From Felis catus (taxonomy: Eukaryota): 64,000 nt of DNA. The notes under the pieces are model-generated. The model made no database searches. It had not been told where the DNA came from and worked only from the letters and a program-made list of their open reading frames with translations. Shown in pieces: positions 27,040-38,555 of the stretch. Every line of letters starts with the position of its first letter. The stretch's first letter is position 1. The position numbers and the translations under genes are program-made. Location of the stretch: assembly GCF_018350175.1 (NCBI RefSeq), contig NC_058368.1, positions 110,920,001 through 110,984,000 on the forward strand, read 5' to 3'.

Positions 27040-27670
27040 AATAGAAAAACTGCTTCTTCTACTCATAACACTTCTGACACTACCTGGAGTTAGCCCACAG
27101 CTTAAGGGCTCAGTGCAAGACTGTCCCTCACTTCAGACTCCAGTCACAAGTCTGGGCCTCTTCTACTTCTTACCAACTGGCTGTAAATCAGGAATTGCCA
27201 CAACCTCTTTCTTGGGTCTAATAATTTTCTAGAATGGCTCACAGAACTCAGGAAAGTGGTTTACTTGCTATTATCAATTTATTATAAAGGATACAATTCA
27301 GAAAGAGCCAAATGAAAAAGATGCATAGGAAAAAGTATGTGGGGAGGAGTGCAGAGTTTCCATGACTTTTCTGGGTGCATCATCCTCCCAGGACCTCAAT
27401 GTATTTACCAATTGGAGAGCTCTCCAAATCCCTTTGTTTAGGTTTTCATGGAGGTGCCACTATATAGATATAATCGATTAAATCATTGGCCACTGGTGAT
27501 GAACTCAATCTCTAGCCCTTCTCTCCCTAGAGCTCAGAGCTGAAAATTCTAATCCTCTTGTCATGTTGTTAGTTCCTCTCAGAACCAGCCCTTTTCCTCT
27601 AAGAGGCATCTCATTAGCAAAAACTCAGATGTGGTTGAAAGGGGGCTTCATTGTCATAAACTCAGGTATA
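27040..27670. mobile_element. ERVL LTR (MER21-like)
   Basis: ctgacactacctggagttag..ttaagggctcagt..cacttcagactccagtcacaagtc..ttattataaaggataca. Confidence 0.7.
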
Positions 27671-29424
27671 GGGGTGTCGGGCTGGCTCAGTCAGTAGAGC
27701 ATGCAACTCTTGATCTTGTGGTTGTAAATGTGAGCCACATGTTGGGTGTAGAGATTATCTAAAAATAAAATCTTTTAGGGCCACCTGGGTAGTTCAGTTG
27801 GTTAAGTGTCTGACTCTTGATTTTGGCTCAGGTCATGATCTCACAGTTCATGAGTTCAAGCCCTGCATCAAACTCCGTGTTTTTACAGAGCCTGCTTGGG
27901 ATTCTCTCTCTCCCTCTCTCTCTGCCCCTCCCGTGCTCACTTGCATGCTCTCTCTCTCTCTCTCTCTCTCTCTCAAAATAAACAAATAAACTTTTAAAAC
28001 ATCTTTTATTTTATTTTTTTAATTAAAAAAAATTTTTTAATGTTTATTTATTTTTGAGAGAGAAAGAGTGTGTGCAGCGTAGGAGCAGAGAGAGAGGGAG
28101 GCAGAGAATCCGAAGTAAGCTCCAGGCTCTGAGCTGTCAGCACAGAGCCCAAGGCGGGGCTCAGACCCATGAGTGGTGAGATCATGGAAGTCAGATGCTT
28201 AACCAACTGAGTCACCCAGGCACCCCAATAAAATCAGCAACTTTGATGAAATGAATAAATTATTTGAAGGAGGCAAATTACCAAAATTGATACAAGGAGA
28301 AATAATGGATGTGGATATCTCTTAAATAAATTGAAGGAAATTGAATTTGTATATTAAAATATTTCCACAAAGAAAATTCCCGGCTTTGTTGGCTTCCCTG
28401 GTGTTTCTTTATTGTTCTTTCTTTTTTTTTTTTAAGTTTATTTTAATTTATTTTTGAGAAAGATGCAGAGAGCAAGTGGCAGAGGGGCAGACAGAGAAGG
28501 AGACAGAATCCCAAGCAGGCTCCACACTACCAACACAGAGCCCTATGCGGAGCTCAAACCCATGAACTGTGAGATCATGACCTGAGCTGAAATCAAGAGT
28601 CCAACACTTAACCAAACTAAGCCACCCAGGCACTCCCTCCCTGGAATTTCTAAAAAACATGTAAGGAAAAAAGAAAATCAATATTTTAGAAAATAGAGGA
28701 AGAGAGAACACTTCCCAACTCATTTATAAAGCAACGTTAACAATGACACCAAAACCAAACAAGTACAATATAAGGGAAAAAAAAAAAAGGACTAAAATTC
28801 CTCCTTAACATAAATGTCAAAATCCTTAATAAAATATTAACCAACCAAATCCAAAACAAAACATAAAAAGGATCAAGTGATATTTAATCTCAGGAATGTA
28901 AGGTTGATTTCACATTCAAACATCAGTTAATATAATTCACATTAACATAATAAAGAAGGAAAATCCTAAGAACATCTCAGTTGTTATGGGAAAAACATTT
29001 AACAAAATTTAACATCTGCTCGAGCAAAGAGAAAGGGAAGAAACCTTCCTCAGTGTAATAAAAGTCATGTATATAAAACCTGTAACTAACATCATAATGG
29101 GAAAAAGCTGAATGTTTTCCCTCCAGTACAGGAAAAAAAGCAAGGATGTCCATTCACTCTCACTACTTCTGTTCAACATTGTCACATGTCCTAGTCAGTG
29201 CAATAAGGCAAGAAAAAATAATAAAAGGCATAAACATTGGGAAGGAAGAAGTAAGACTATCTTTATCTGTAGATGTTATGATTGCCTATCTGGGAAATCC
29301 TAAGGAATATAAAAAAAGAAGGAAGAAAAGAAGGAACAAATGAAATTAGGAAACCTACTAGAATAAATTAAGTGAATTTAGCAAAGTCTCCGAATACAAG
29401 ATCAAGATAGAAAAACAAACTGTA

Positions 29425-29651
29425 GGGGCGCCTGGGTGGCCCAGTCGGTTAAGCGTCGGACTTCAGCCAGGTCACGATCTCACGGTCTGTGAGTTTGAGC
29501 CCCGCGTCAGGCTCTGGGCTGATGGCTCGGAGCCTGGAGCCTGTTTCCGATTCTGTGTCTCCCTCTCTCTCTGCCCCTCCCCCGTTCATGCTCTGTCTCT
29601 CTCTGTCCCAAAAATAAATAAAAACGTTGAAAAAAAAATTAAAAAAAAAAA
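29425..29651 (+). mobile_element. Young CanSINE (SINEC_Fc type)
   Basis: TSD agaaaaacaaactgta. Confidence 0.95.
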
Positions 29652-31347
29652 GAAAAACAAACTGTACTTCTGTATATTAGCAAAACCAAGTGGAAAATGA
29701 TATTTAAAAACAATACTATTTATAATGCATCAAAAAAACAAAATACATAGAAATAAATTTAATGAATGACGTGTAATACTGGTATAAAACATTACAGACA
29801 GAAATTGAAGAAGATCTAAATAAATGGAGAGTTTATCCTCATGTATTGAAAGACTTAATATTATTAAGATATCAATTTTCCTCTAACTGATATATAGATT
29901 TAACACAATCCCAATTAAAAGCCAAGTAGACATTTTTTGTACAAGTTGAATCCTTTGATATTGATGTAGGATCAACAAATACCCAAATGCAACAGGTAAG
30001 AGGCAGACTTATATCTGTTGAACCTACTACAGGGAACAACTCTTAATTTCCCTGGAGGAGATGAGTTGCTAAAAGTAACAGGAATTCTATTAGAAAAGTA
30101 TATTATGTATAATAATCTCAGGTATTAATTCCAATCAAACTTAAGATAAAAAGAGGGGCACCTGGTTGGCTCAGTCAGTCAAGTGTCCAACTTTTGGTTT
30201 CAGCTCAGGTCATGATCCCATGGTTCGTGAGTCCGAACCCTGCCAGCTCATGGAAACTGCTTGAGATTCTCTTTCTCTGTCTCTCCCTTTGCCTCTCACC
30301 CACTCGTTCTCTCTGTCTCTCTCTTAAAAATAAAATAAAAACTTAAAAATAATTAAAATAAGATAAAAAGTATTACAATACTGTAATAAAGAAATTACGT
30401 TTTCCTTTGTTTCTCATGTCTATTTAATAAGTACCAAATCAGGTAAAGCCCTGGTAAAATACCAGATAATGCCACTTTATTATTATTGTTGTTGTTTTAA
30501 GAACAGGACAATCAAGAATTTTAGTGGTGTACCTCTTCCAGGTTGTACATATCTTATGGAATAGAAAAAGTCTGTACCAAATAAAAGGCACTATCAGATG
30601 GAACAAGGAAACTGGAAGAGTGCTGGGAGTCGTTCAAAAGAATAAAAGGATTATTAACTAAGTGGAATTTAAGTGAAAACAAAACAAAAAAGAATAAAAG
30701 AATTTAAGTAACACTTGAATATCATACAATCTTCAGATATTTTATAAATATTTTAAATGCTTTTACATTTATTTATTTTTGAGAGACAGAGACAGAGCAT
30801 GAGCAGAGGAGGGGTAGAGAGAGAGGGAGACAGAATCCGAAGCAGGCTCCAGGCTCTGAGCTGTTAGCACAGAGACTGACTCATGAGCCGTGAAATCATG
30901 ACCTGAGCCTAAATTGCACGCTTAACTGACTGAGTCACCCAGGTGCCCCAAGAACATACTTTTAATCATGTAAGGGTAAGAAGAGCTTTTAAAACAATGG
31001 GTCAGATATTTCATTAGGAACTCACTTCAGGAAGCCTGAGCATTCTAGGAAATAGAAGAGACTGCAGGTTATGTGATTAGCAAAGAGCAGATATCAGAGT
31101 ATGTATAGTGTGTGTCGTATGACAGGATGTGTTACGTAACTCAGTAACCATGGCAAGTAAAGAAGCAGGCGGAGAGGTAACTTCATAATTCTAAACTAAC
31201 AGAATTCTTAGAAGAATACAAAGCAGTGAATGGTTTGCTAATGAAACAAAGTTGGATGATGCTAATGCAAGATGCATGGCTGTCTTAATAGCTCATGTTA
31301 CATTTCTATTGTACATAAAATAAGAGGAGACTTGCCAATTTGTATTT

Positions 31348-31428
31348 TTAAGATTTAAAAGAAAGAACACTACCAGAAAAAAATCTGTTCCTCTTCCAAT
31401 TCTTCCCCTTAAAATGGCCATCTCCACC
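31348..31428 (-). CDS. CDKL3: CDKL3 terminal exon 13 homologue (distal)
   Basis: Acceptor ttctgattttag, phase 0, GGDGHFKGKNWKRNRFFSGSVLSFKS*. Homologous to recalled human GGDGHCEGKNLKRNRFFFW*. Confidence 0.78.
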   Translation of the reverse strand, partial: GGDGHFKGKNWKRNRFFSGSVLSFKS

Positions 31429-32119
31429 CTAAAATCAGAAACCAAGCCAGTAAGACCAGAAATAAGAACTTAATTACATGCTGCCAAAACCTTGACTGCA
31501 TTCACGTTAAATTATATGTAATAATATGTTTTATATAAACTACTAAATGATAAACATGCAGGTCAAGCCAAAAGATTTGCTTCAGTGCTGTCCTCAATTT
31601 CCATCCTCTTAAATGACCTTCATGATATGTTTAAATGCTGTTCCAGAATATTTAGTGTGGAACCAAATCTTATTTCACGCTTATCAAGTGTAATTGTTTG
31701 CTCAGAAATGTTTGGTGCTATTAGACATTGGGATCTCGTTTTATTACACAATTAGAAACTTTTCCTTCTATAATTATAAAGTTCTGAACCAAAGCTAAGA
31801 ATGACCATTGATTATACATGACTAAGACAACACAACATCAAATAAAATTATCTGACTTAATGTAAGTTGTAGTTTTATTAGAATGTACCAGTCGGGCAAT
31901 TTCTATAACTTAGTGTTTAAATTAAGAAAACATGAATAATTTAAAGACTAATAAATTTTTAAAAATTTAGGTGAATATACACATAACTACACAGGATTTA
32001 TGGTGTATCTGTAGGATTCTCTAGTCAGCATTTGTTGTGCGTGTAATATTAATAAAAAGGATTTTTTTTTAACCATACAATGATTCTGGGATTCCCTGAA
32101 TTTTCAGCTGCTACATTTT

Positions 32120-32173
32120 CTACTCTACACCTGGCAGGTTCTTCTTCCTTTCAGTTTGTGCATTTCCTGTATT
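32120..32173 (-). CDS. CDKL3: CDKL3 alternative terminal exon (proximal)
   Basis: Acceptor tactttttag, phase 0, NTGNAQTERKKNLPGVE*. Resembles a recalled alternative CDKL3 C-terminus. Candidate minus-strand AATAAA at 31874-31879. Confidence 0.7.
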   Translation of the reverse strand, partial: NTGNAQTERKKNLPGVE

Positions 32174-34020
32174 CTAAAAAGTAAATAGAAACAGGACCTT
32201 AATTGAGGAAATGATGAGTCTTTGGCTAAGGAAATATAGCCACAGATAAGTACTTATACTTTGCACCTGAGCTTTGTTTTATACGGGACACTCTTTAGCA
32301 AAGTATTCCTCATGACCATCATGAAACAGAACTGAAGGTGGCTTTTGTATGGGCTCTTTTCTCTCTTGCCTAACTCATCAGCAGTAATTTAGAGTTTCTC
32401 TTAGATTATGTTGTCTATTCAATATATGTATGTTGATATATAGATAGATAGATAGATAGATATGTAGATATATAGATATATGTGTGTGTCAATATGTACA
32501 CTAGTTCAGCATACATTTAAGATGCCTGAAGGAGTTGAATGTACAACTGGGAAGCACATGGATCTGACTAGATAATTCAAAAACAAGTCAATGGCACAGC
32601 CAGGAACAGAACAAGAAAGTTGCTATATCCTATCTTGCATTTTTAAAACCATGTCATACTCTATTGTGCCCTAAAATAATAAACTACCAATTCAAAGTTT
32701 AGTTTCTTAATTCTGACATTAACATATTATGAATGGGCACATATTGTGAATGGGCAGCACAAATAAACGACAACCATCACTGATTACTTCTCTAATAACT
32801 ATAACTGTTTCAAGATCACTCTTGAGAAGGTCAACTTTTAAGCGTTCTACACCACAGGAGCAAGAAGGGATTTTCCCTTCCTATTTATTTAAATGAAATC
32901 TTTAAATGAAAGAATTAAGAGTTCCTTTCTTCCTGCATTGGAATATAATTTTAGTTCCAGAGGCTCTCATGGGACAGTGGGATAAATACATGCAGCACGT
33001 TACTAGGAGCCAAAAACAGGGAACTAATTTAGTCAGTCATTTGAAGAATGTGCAAAGGGTGTGCTACTCAACAAGCTGCGACATCAGTAAGTCACCAAAG
33101 TTTAAAACTTTAAGGCCACCTCACTACTTTCTACGGTGAACTAAAAAGTGACCATTAGTGACTTTCTTGTTCTATCTAGAAAACATCTCTTTTCTGCAAA
33201 GTGGATTGTGGAGTTCTTAACAAGTTCTAAGCTAAAAATAAGGCCTAAGCATCACTTTGAAGATATATCTAACAGTATTTGATAACTCTTTAATCCAAAT
33301 GATGTAGCGATAGAACAGACTTGGTGAAAACACCTTCTTACATGGTTTCAAAGTCTCTCTATTTTGCTAATTTCTTCAAATTTCCTTAATAAGTATGTGC
33401 TAATTTCATCATGAATTTAAAAATATAATGAATTTTATTTATAACATGAGAAACTGATTTAATGAAGTTGCTCACCTTACAAATGTGTAGCATAGAAGGC
33501 CATTTCTATGATTTAATTCAGTGGGTGCTGAGCACCATACCCTTTTCTAAAAGAATACCTTTAGAGAGTATACATTTGGATACTGAGGATCTTGAAGATT
33601 TCCAAATAAATTCAAGACTCTCTCTGGGAGATAGGGGTTGGGATATTTCAACAATATTATCTGACAGCTAGCTGAGAACAAATCTTTGTAAAAACAGAAC
33701 TATTGGTGGAAAGCAAAGATGGCAGAATAAACTGAAGAGAAAACAGGAAGAAAGGAGCCCAGCATTACATACTACACACAGCATACATAACATTTTCCCT
33801 GGGTACCGTATATTCTAATCACTCAACGTTCAAATGAGGGTTAGTATTAATTACCCCAAAAAATAACTTTTAAAAACTTTTATTAATATGTTACGTTAAG
33901 AGAATATAAATCTGTTTCTCAGGTTCAAAGATCACAGAATTTTGAATGTTTATGTAACTTTTAGTAATAACTAAATTTACACACCAAGTCAAGGGTTCCA
34001 AACAGCACTCCTTACTAAAA

Positions 34021-34121
34021 CTATAAACAAAAAAGGTTTTTTTGATCCTTATTATGTAAAGTTGGTATTTTAGATGAATCGGTTTTCTTTGATTCCCTTT
34101 TCAGCACTTTTATCTGTTTAA
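34021..34121 (-). CDS. CDKL3: CDKL3 exon 12 homologue, running to an in-frame stop (no donor)
   Basis: Acceptor ttttgcaaaag. (V)KQIKVLKRESKKTDSSKIPTLHNKDQKTFFCL*, with TAG at 34021-34023. Confidence 0.82.
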
Positions 34122-34920
34122 CTTTTGCAAAAATATATACAACAGTGACAACTTGTTATTCCTACCTTGAAATTTTACTTTCCTTTTTAAGAGTTTCAAA
34201 TGGAAATTGTGATATCCACTAGAGTCAGTTTCTCAATATATTAAAATGGAACTTAATAAATCATCAGTTATAGTGGTAAAACATGCCAATCACAAATGAT
34301 TTGTTTTACCACTTTACAGATAGCCTTACAGGTATTAAAAGAAGACATTTATTTTTTAAATTCTGCATATTAAGTGGATCAGATAATTCCTCTTGAATTA
34401 TATTCAAGTACTATATTCTTGCTATTATAATAACTTTTCACAAGGTGTCACTGTTCTTCAAAGAAACAAAACATTTACTCTGTAAAAAAAAAATGTGTTT
34501 CATTTTAAGAGCTCAATACATGTTATAAATCTTTACTGTATCTTCGGATGCCAGAAGCATATATATCATTCCTGCTATTATATGGGCAAAAATCATGGAG
34601 AAACAAAGGAAACTGATTTACTCCAGGTCATATACGGAACAAAAATCACTTTCCTCAAATATTGTACGAACATTTCAACAATACTGAGCTACTGAAAAAT
34701 TTGTGTTTTAAAGTTTTCTTAATCCTTCTTTAAAAGTATCTCCTTTAAGACTTACCTCTTCTTTGACTATGAGAAAAGAAATTCTCATCAGCTGAAAATA
34801 TTTTTCAAAGCAATCTATTTTCTATCTAAATTATATTATAAATGTAAGCTATCTTACAAAAAAAAGGTCTTGTAAAAGATAACATCTGGAAATTTGTAAA
34901 GCTGTGCAACAGATATGTAC

Positions 34921-35083
34921 CTTCCATTCCTTTCATCTCCTTGGGCTGTATCGTGAAAGGCAGTTCTGGGAAATGGAATTCCTTCCTGTCAGATCTGGAA
35001 AAATTCAGCTTTCTTTTGTTTCCATTTGCTATTTGGTCATTTTGACCTGTTCGCTCATTAAATATACCCTTCTCCATTTGGCT
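34921..35083 (-). CDS. CDKL3: CDKL3 exon 11
   Basis: 163 nt, tttgtttag / G|gtacat. SQMEKGIFNERTGQNDQIANGNKRKLNFSRSDRKEFHFPELPFTIQPKEMKGME. Phase 0 to 1, open. Confidence 0.9.
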
Positions 35084-36471
35084 CTAAACAAACAAAGAAG
35101 TAAGAGTTAATTTTAAAAAAGATGTGTAACTATTTTTTGAATCATAAGCCTAAAATTGCCAGCCATTTGGAAGGTAATAAGATAGTCATAAAAGGTCTAC
35201 ATTTGCAAGGTTATTTAATAATTAAGAAGTAGAATAGAATACCATTAAACACATAAACAGATTGAATTCCAATAAAAGTTTCATGAAGCAAACTTTTAAA
35301 GATATATTGGATAATCTGAGAATACTAGTGTTGATCATGAGAAGCATAATCTTAACTTTTAATTTATAATCCTACTCATTGTACTCTGACTTTGACAAAC
35401 TGCTTCAGTTCATTTTATTAATAATTTATTTTCCATTTACAAAATGATGTACTCTGGACACATTGAAAACCTGAGAACCCAGAACTCTAGAAATGTGTTA
35501 CCTATTTTCACTCATTTGGCAACAGATGACAAAAAATCTGCTAAATTAATGAACACTCTACCACAATGTAATATGTAGTATGCCACTGTGTGAATATATA
35601 TTAATGCGCTTAATGACTTGCTTGCTCTTAGATAGATTTGTGTTGTTTTCATTTTTTATTATTATAAATAACATTATGCTTCAATTTTTAATAAGCTACT
35701 TCCCTATGTAAAACAGTAAGGCAATGAACTACACTGATTGCATTTTTCTTTAAAAAAAATTTCTTTAATGTTTATTTATTTTTGCGAGAGAGAGAGTGTG
35801 TGAACAGGGGAGGGGCAGAGAGAGAGGGAGACACAGAATCTGAAGCAGGCTCCAGGCTCTGAGCTGCCAGCACAGAGCCTGATGTGGGGCTCAAACTCGT
35901 GAACCGCAAGATCACGACCTGAGCTGAGGCTGGATGCCGTACCTACTGACCCACCCAGGGGCCCCACTGATTATATTCTTCTAGTGAAAAGTTTGATGTG
36001 TCTATTTGGTAATTGCCTTTAATCTATAAATAAGATATTAAAAACACTTTGGGGGCAGTAAAAGACCAAAAAGTCTTGTACCTTTTTTTTTAAAATTCTA
36101 TTTTTTTTTAAACTAATCTCTACACACTACGTAGGGCTCGAACGTATGAACCAGAGGATCAAGAGTCACATGCTCTTCTGACTGAGCTAGCCAGGCACCC
36201 CAAGTCTTGTGACTTTTAAGGGTGAAAATCTTAACTTTTTTTGTGCAAGTCACACATTAAATACAGAAATCAAATTATAAGAAATTAATGAAAACTGAAA
36301 GCACTAAGGAAATGATGGCCTATTTTCATCTCAGGAGGGAAAAAAAAAAAGCTAAAAGCACATTTTTTAAAATGTTGGAGCCCTAAAGATAGAAAAAAGG
36401 ATTGAATGGGGAGGGAGTCAAGGATAAAGTTTAAAAGAAGCCATATTTTAATGACTAGGTTCTTGCCTTAC

Positions 36472-36564
36472 TTGAGTAGGACCTAATCCTCTTGCCTGCT
36501 ATTAGACATAACCTGTACAATAGATTGTGAAGAAGTATGTCTCTTTTTCGCTCTTTCAGTCAAC
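36472..36564 (-). pseudogene. CDKL3: CDKL3 exon 10 homologue, disrupted (stop codons in all three frames)
   Basis: 93 nt, taatag / CAA|gtaagg. The homologous frame reads LTERAKKRHTSSQSIVQVMSNSRQED then TAG. The other two frames begin GTT GAC TGA and GT TGA. Confidence 0.85.
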
Positions 36565-37925
36565 CTATTATTTAAAAATGAAGGCAAAGTTATTAGAACT
36601 CCCCATAAGCACTTCTGTTTTAGCTTCAGTAATGAAGTGATATCATGGCAGTCTACAGTTTGAACACTGAGTGACAAAATGCAATCACATTGTGTAAATG
36701 CCAATTGATAGAAGTTGGTGAAAACAGAGCAGAGAACAACTTGCTCATGGCTAACATCAGTGGTAACAACCATGTTGTGGGCTCACTCCAGCTGGCCTAC
36801 TTGGTTTCTTGTATTTGTTCTAAATCTGGATCTCTTAACTACTGGTTTCTGAATTTCTGAGCTTGGTTTCCAAGGCTGGCTTACAACCATGGTTATTGCA
36901 ACTAGGGTTTTGGGGTCCTCTCAAGAACAAATGGGCTCTTGCTGTCTGTAGACTGTTGTACCTTTGGACTGACACAGAAACGTCCACTGGCCCACTGCTG
37001 CAGCCATTGAGCTTTACAACTTATAGCTCAAACCAGTCTGTTAGTATGGGCTTGGGATGCTGAATGTAGTCTCCTTCCTAACCCAGATTCATGGTAGTGT
37101 CCCTAAATTTAAAGGTTTTTTTTTATTATTTTATTTTAGAGAGAAAGAAAGAACAGGAGCATGGGAGAGGACAGAGGGGGAGAGAGACAGACAGACAGAC
37201 AGATAGACAGAGAATCCTAAGCAAGCTCCACACTCAGTGTGGAGATTGGTGCAGGGCTCCATCCCATGACACTGAGATCATGACCTGAGCCGAAATCAAG
37301 AGTTGGACACCCAATCAACTGAGCCACCCAGGTGCCTCTCCCTAAATTTAAAACTATCCCTGATGCCTTACTAAATAGACCCTTGCTATATACATCACAC
37401 TGCCCTTGATTAACCAGACTCATGGTACCAGTCTTTCAATCTGTATCAGTAGCTAAATCTACAACTGGCCCAATATGTTGTTTTCCTCCCCAAATACTTG
37501 ATCTTCAAAGGCTATTTGACTATAAACGATTATTTTCAACTATTCTCCTCCATTTAGAAAATCTGCTATGATACAGAAAAAAATGCTTACTTTGTTATAC
37601 CAAGGCACATCAGTCCCAGAACCTAGGTCATATCACCTTTTCTTCTTCAAATGGGAAGAAATTATCCTGAGGCTCTTGTTTTTAAAAGTGAGGTTTTTCC
37701 CAAAGGCATAGTGGAAAATTAGACATCTATATAGGTAATAAAAGTTAATTTCTTCTATGGCATTCTTAAGAAACACTCAGTAATGTCCTATTATTATAAT
37801 TTCAATATATCCTCAAATTCAGTTTATATACAGACACTATGAACTTGATTCCTTGAAACACCTTTATATAGGAATGTTGTATCACTTAGGTTCATTTCCT
37901 TCTGTCTTTTTCTGTCACAACTCAC

Positions 37926-38249
37926 CTTGGAGTGGGAAAGATGTGACTTGGGATTTGAAGCCACCAAATTACTGCTAGTTAGACTGATAGGTGGCATCAT
38001 CATACTACCTCCAGCATGTGGATCATTTTTCATTCCATTAGAGTTAGTGCCGGGATTGACAGGGTTTGGTAGTTCACTGATTATAGATTTTGTGTCTTGA
38101 GATATAGTATGAACATTTTCAATTGCATCCTGTTGACAATGTCCACCTTCACACTCTGTCTTTTTTGATTCTAAGATATCTCCTTTTCCTCCTTTGACTT
38201 TAATAACTCTGACTTTGATCTCCTTGTGCCTTTTCTCTTTTTCCATTTC
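37926..38249 (-). CDS. CDKL3: CDKL3 exon 9
   Basis: 324 nt, ctattccag / AAG|gtgagt. EMEKEKRHKEIKVRVIKVKGG...MPPISLTSSNLVASNPKSHLSHSK, within ORF 37824..38273. Ends in phase 0. Confidence 0.92.
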
Positions 38250-38324
38250 CTGGAATAGGAAATATCCAAACATCCAAAATCTGAGTCAGAAGAACAGTTA
38301 TTTTTATCATTAGAGTGCTACTTA

Positions 38325-38555
<231 letters not shown>

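Larger units (their letters stand above)
25815..29945 (+). mobile_element. Old L1 (5' end remnant and ORF2 fragments) with nested SINEs and an LTR
   Basis: cttctagttccagccatgatggagtaacagg (L1M 5' end). ORFs 29112..29303 and 29146..29343 resemble the RT region. Confidence 0.8.

Noticed and set aside
36565..36773. Upstream part of ORF 36483..36773 as an extended exon 10
   Set aside because: No similarity to recalled CDKL3 upstream of the taatag acceptor, and the frame ends at the premature TAG anyway.
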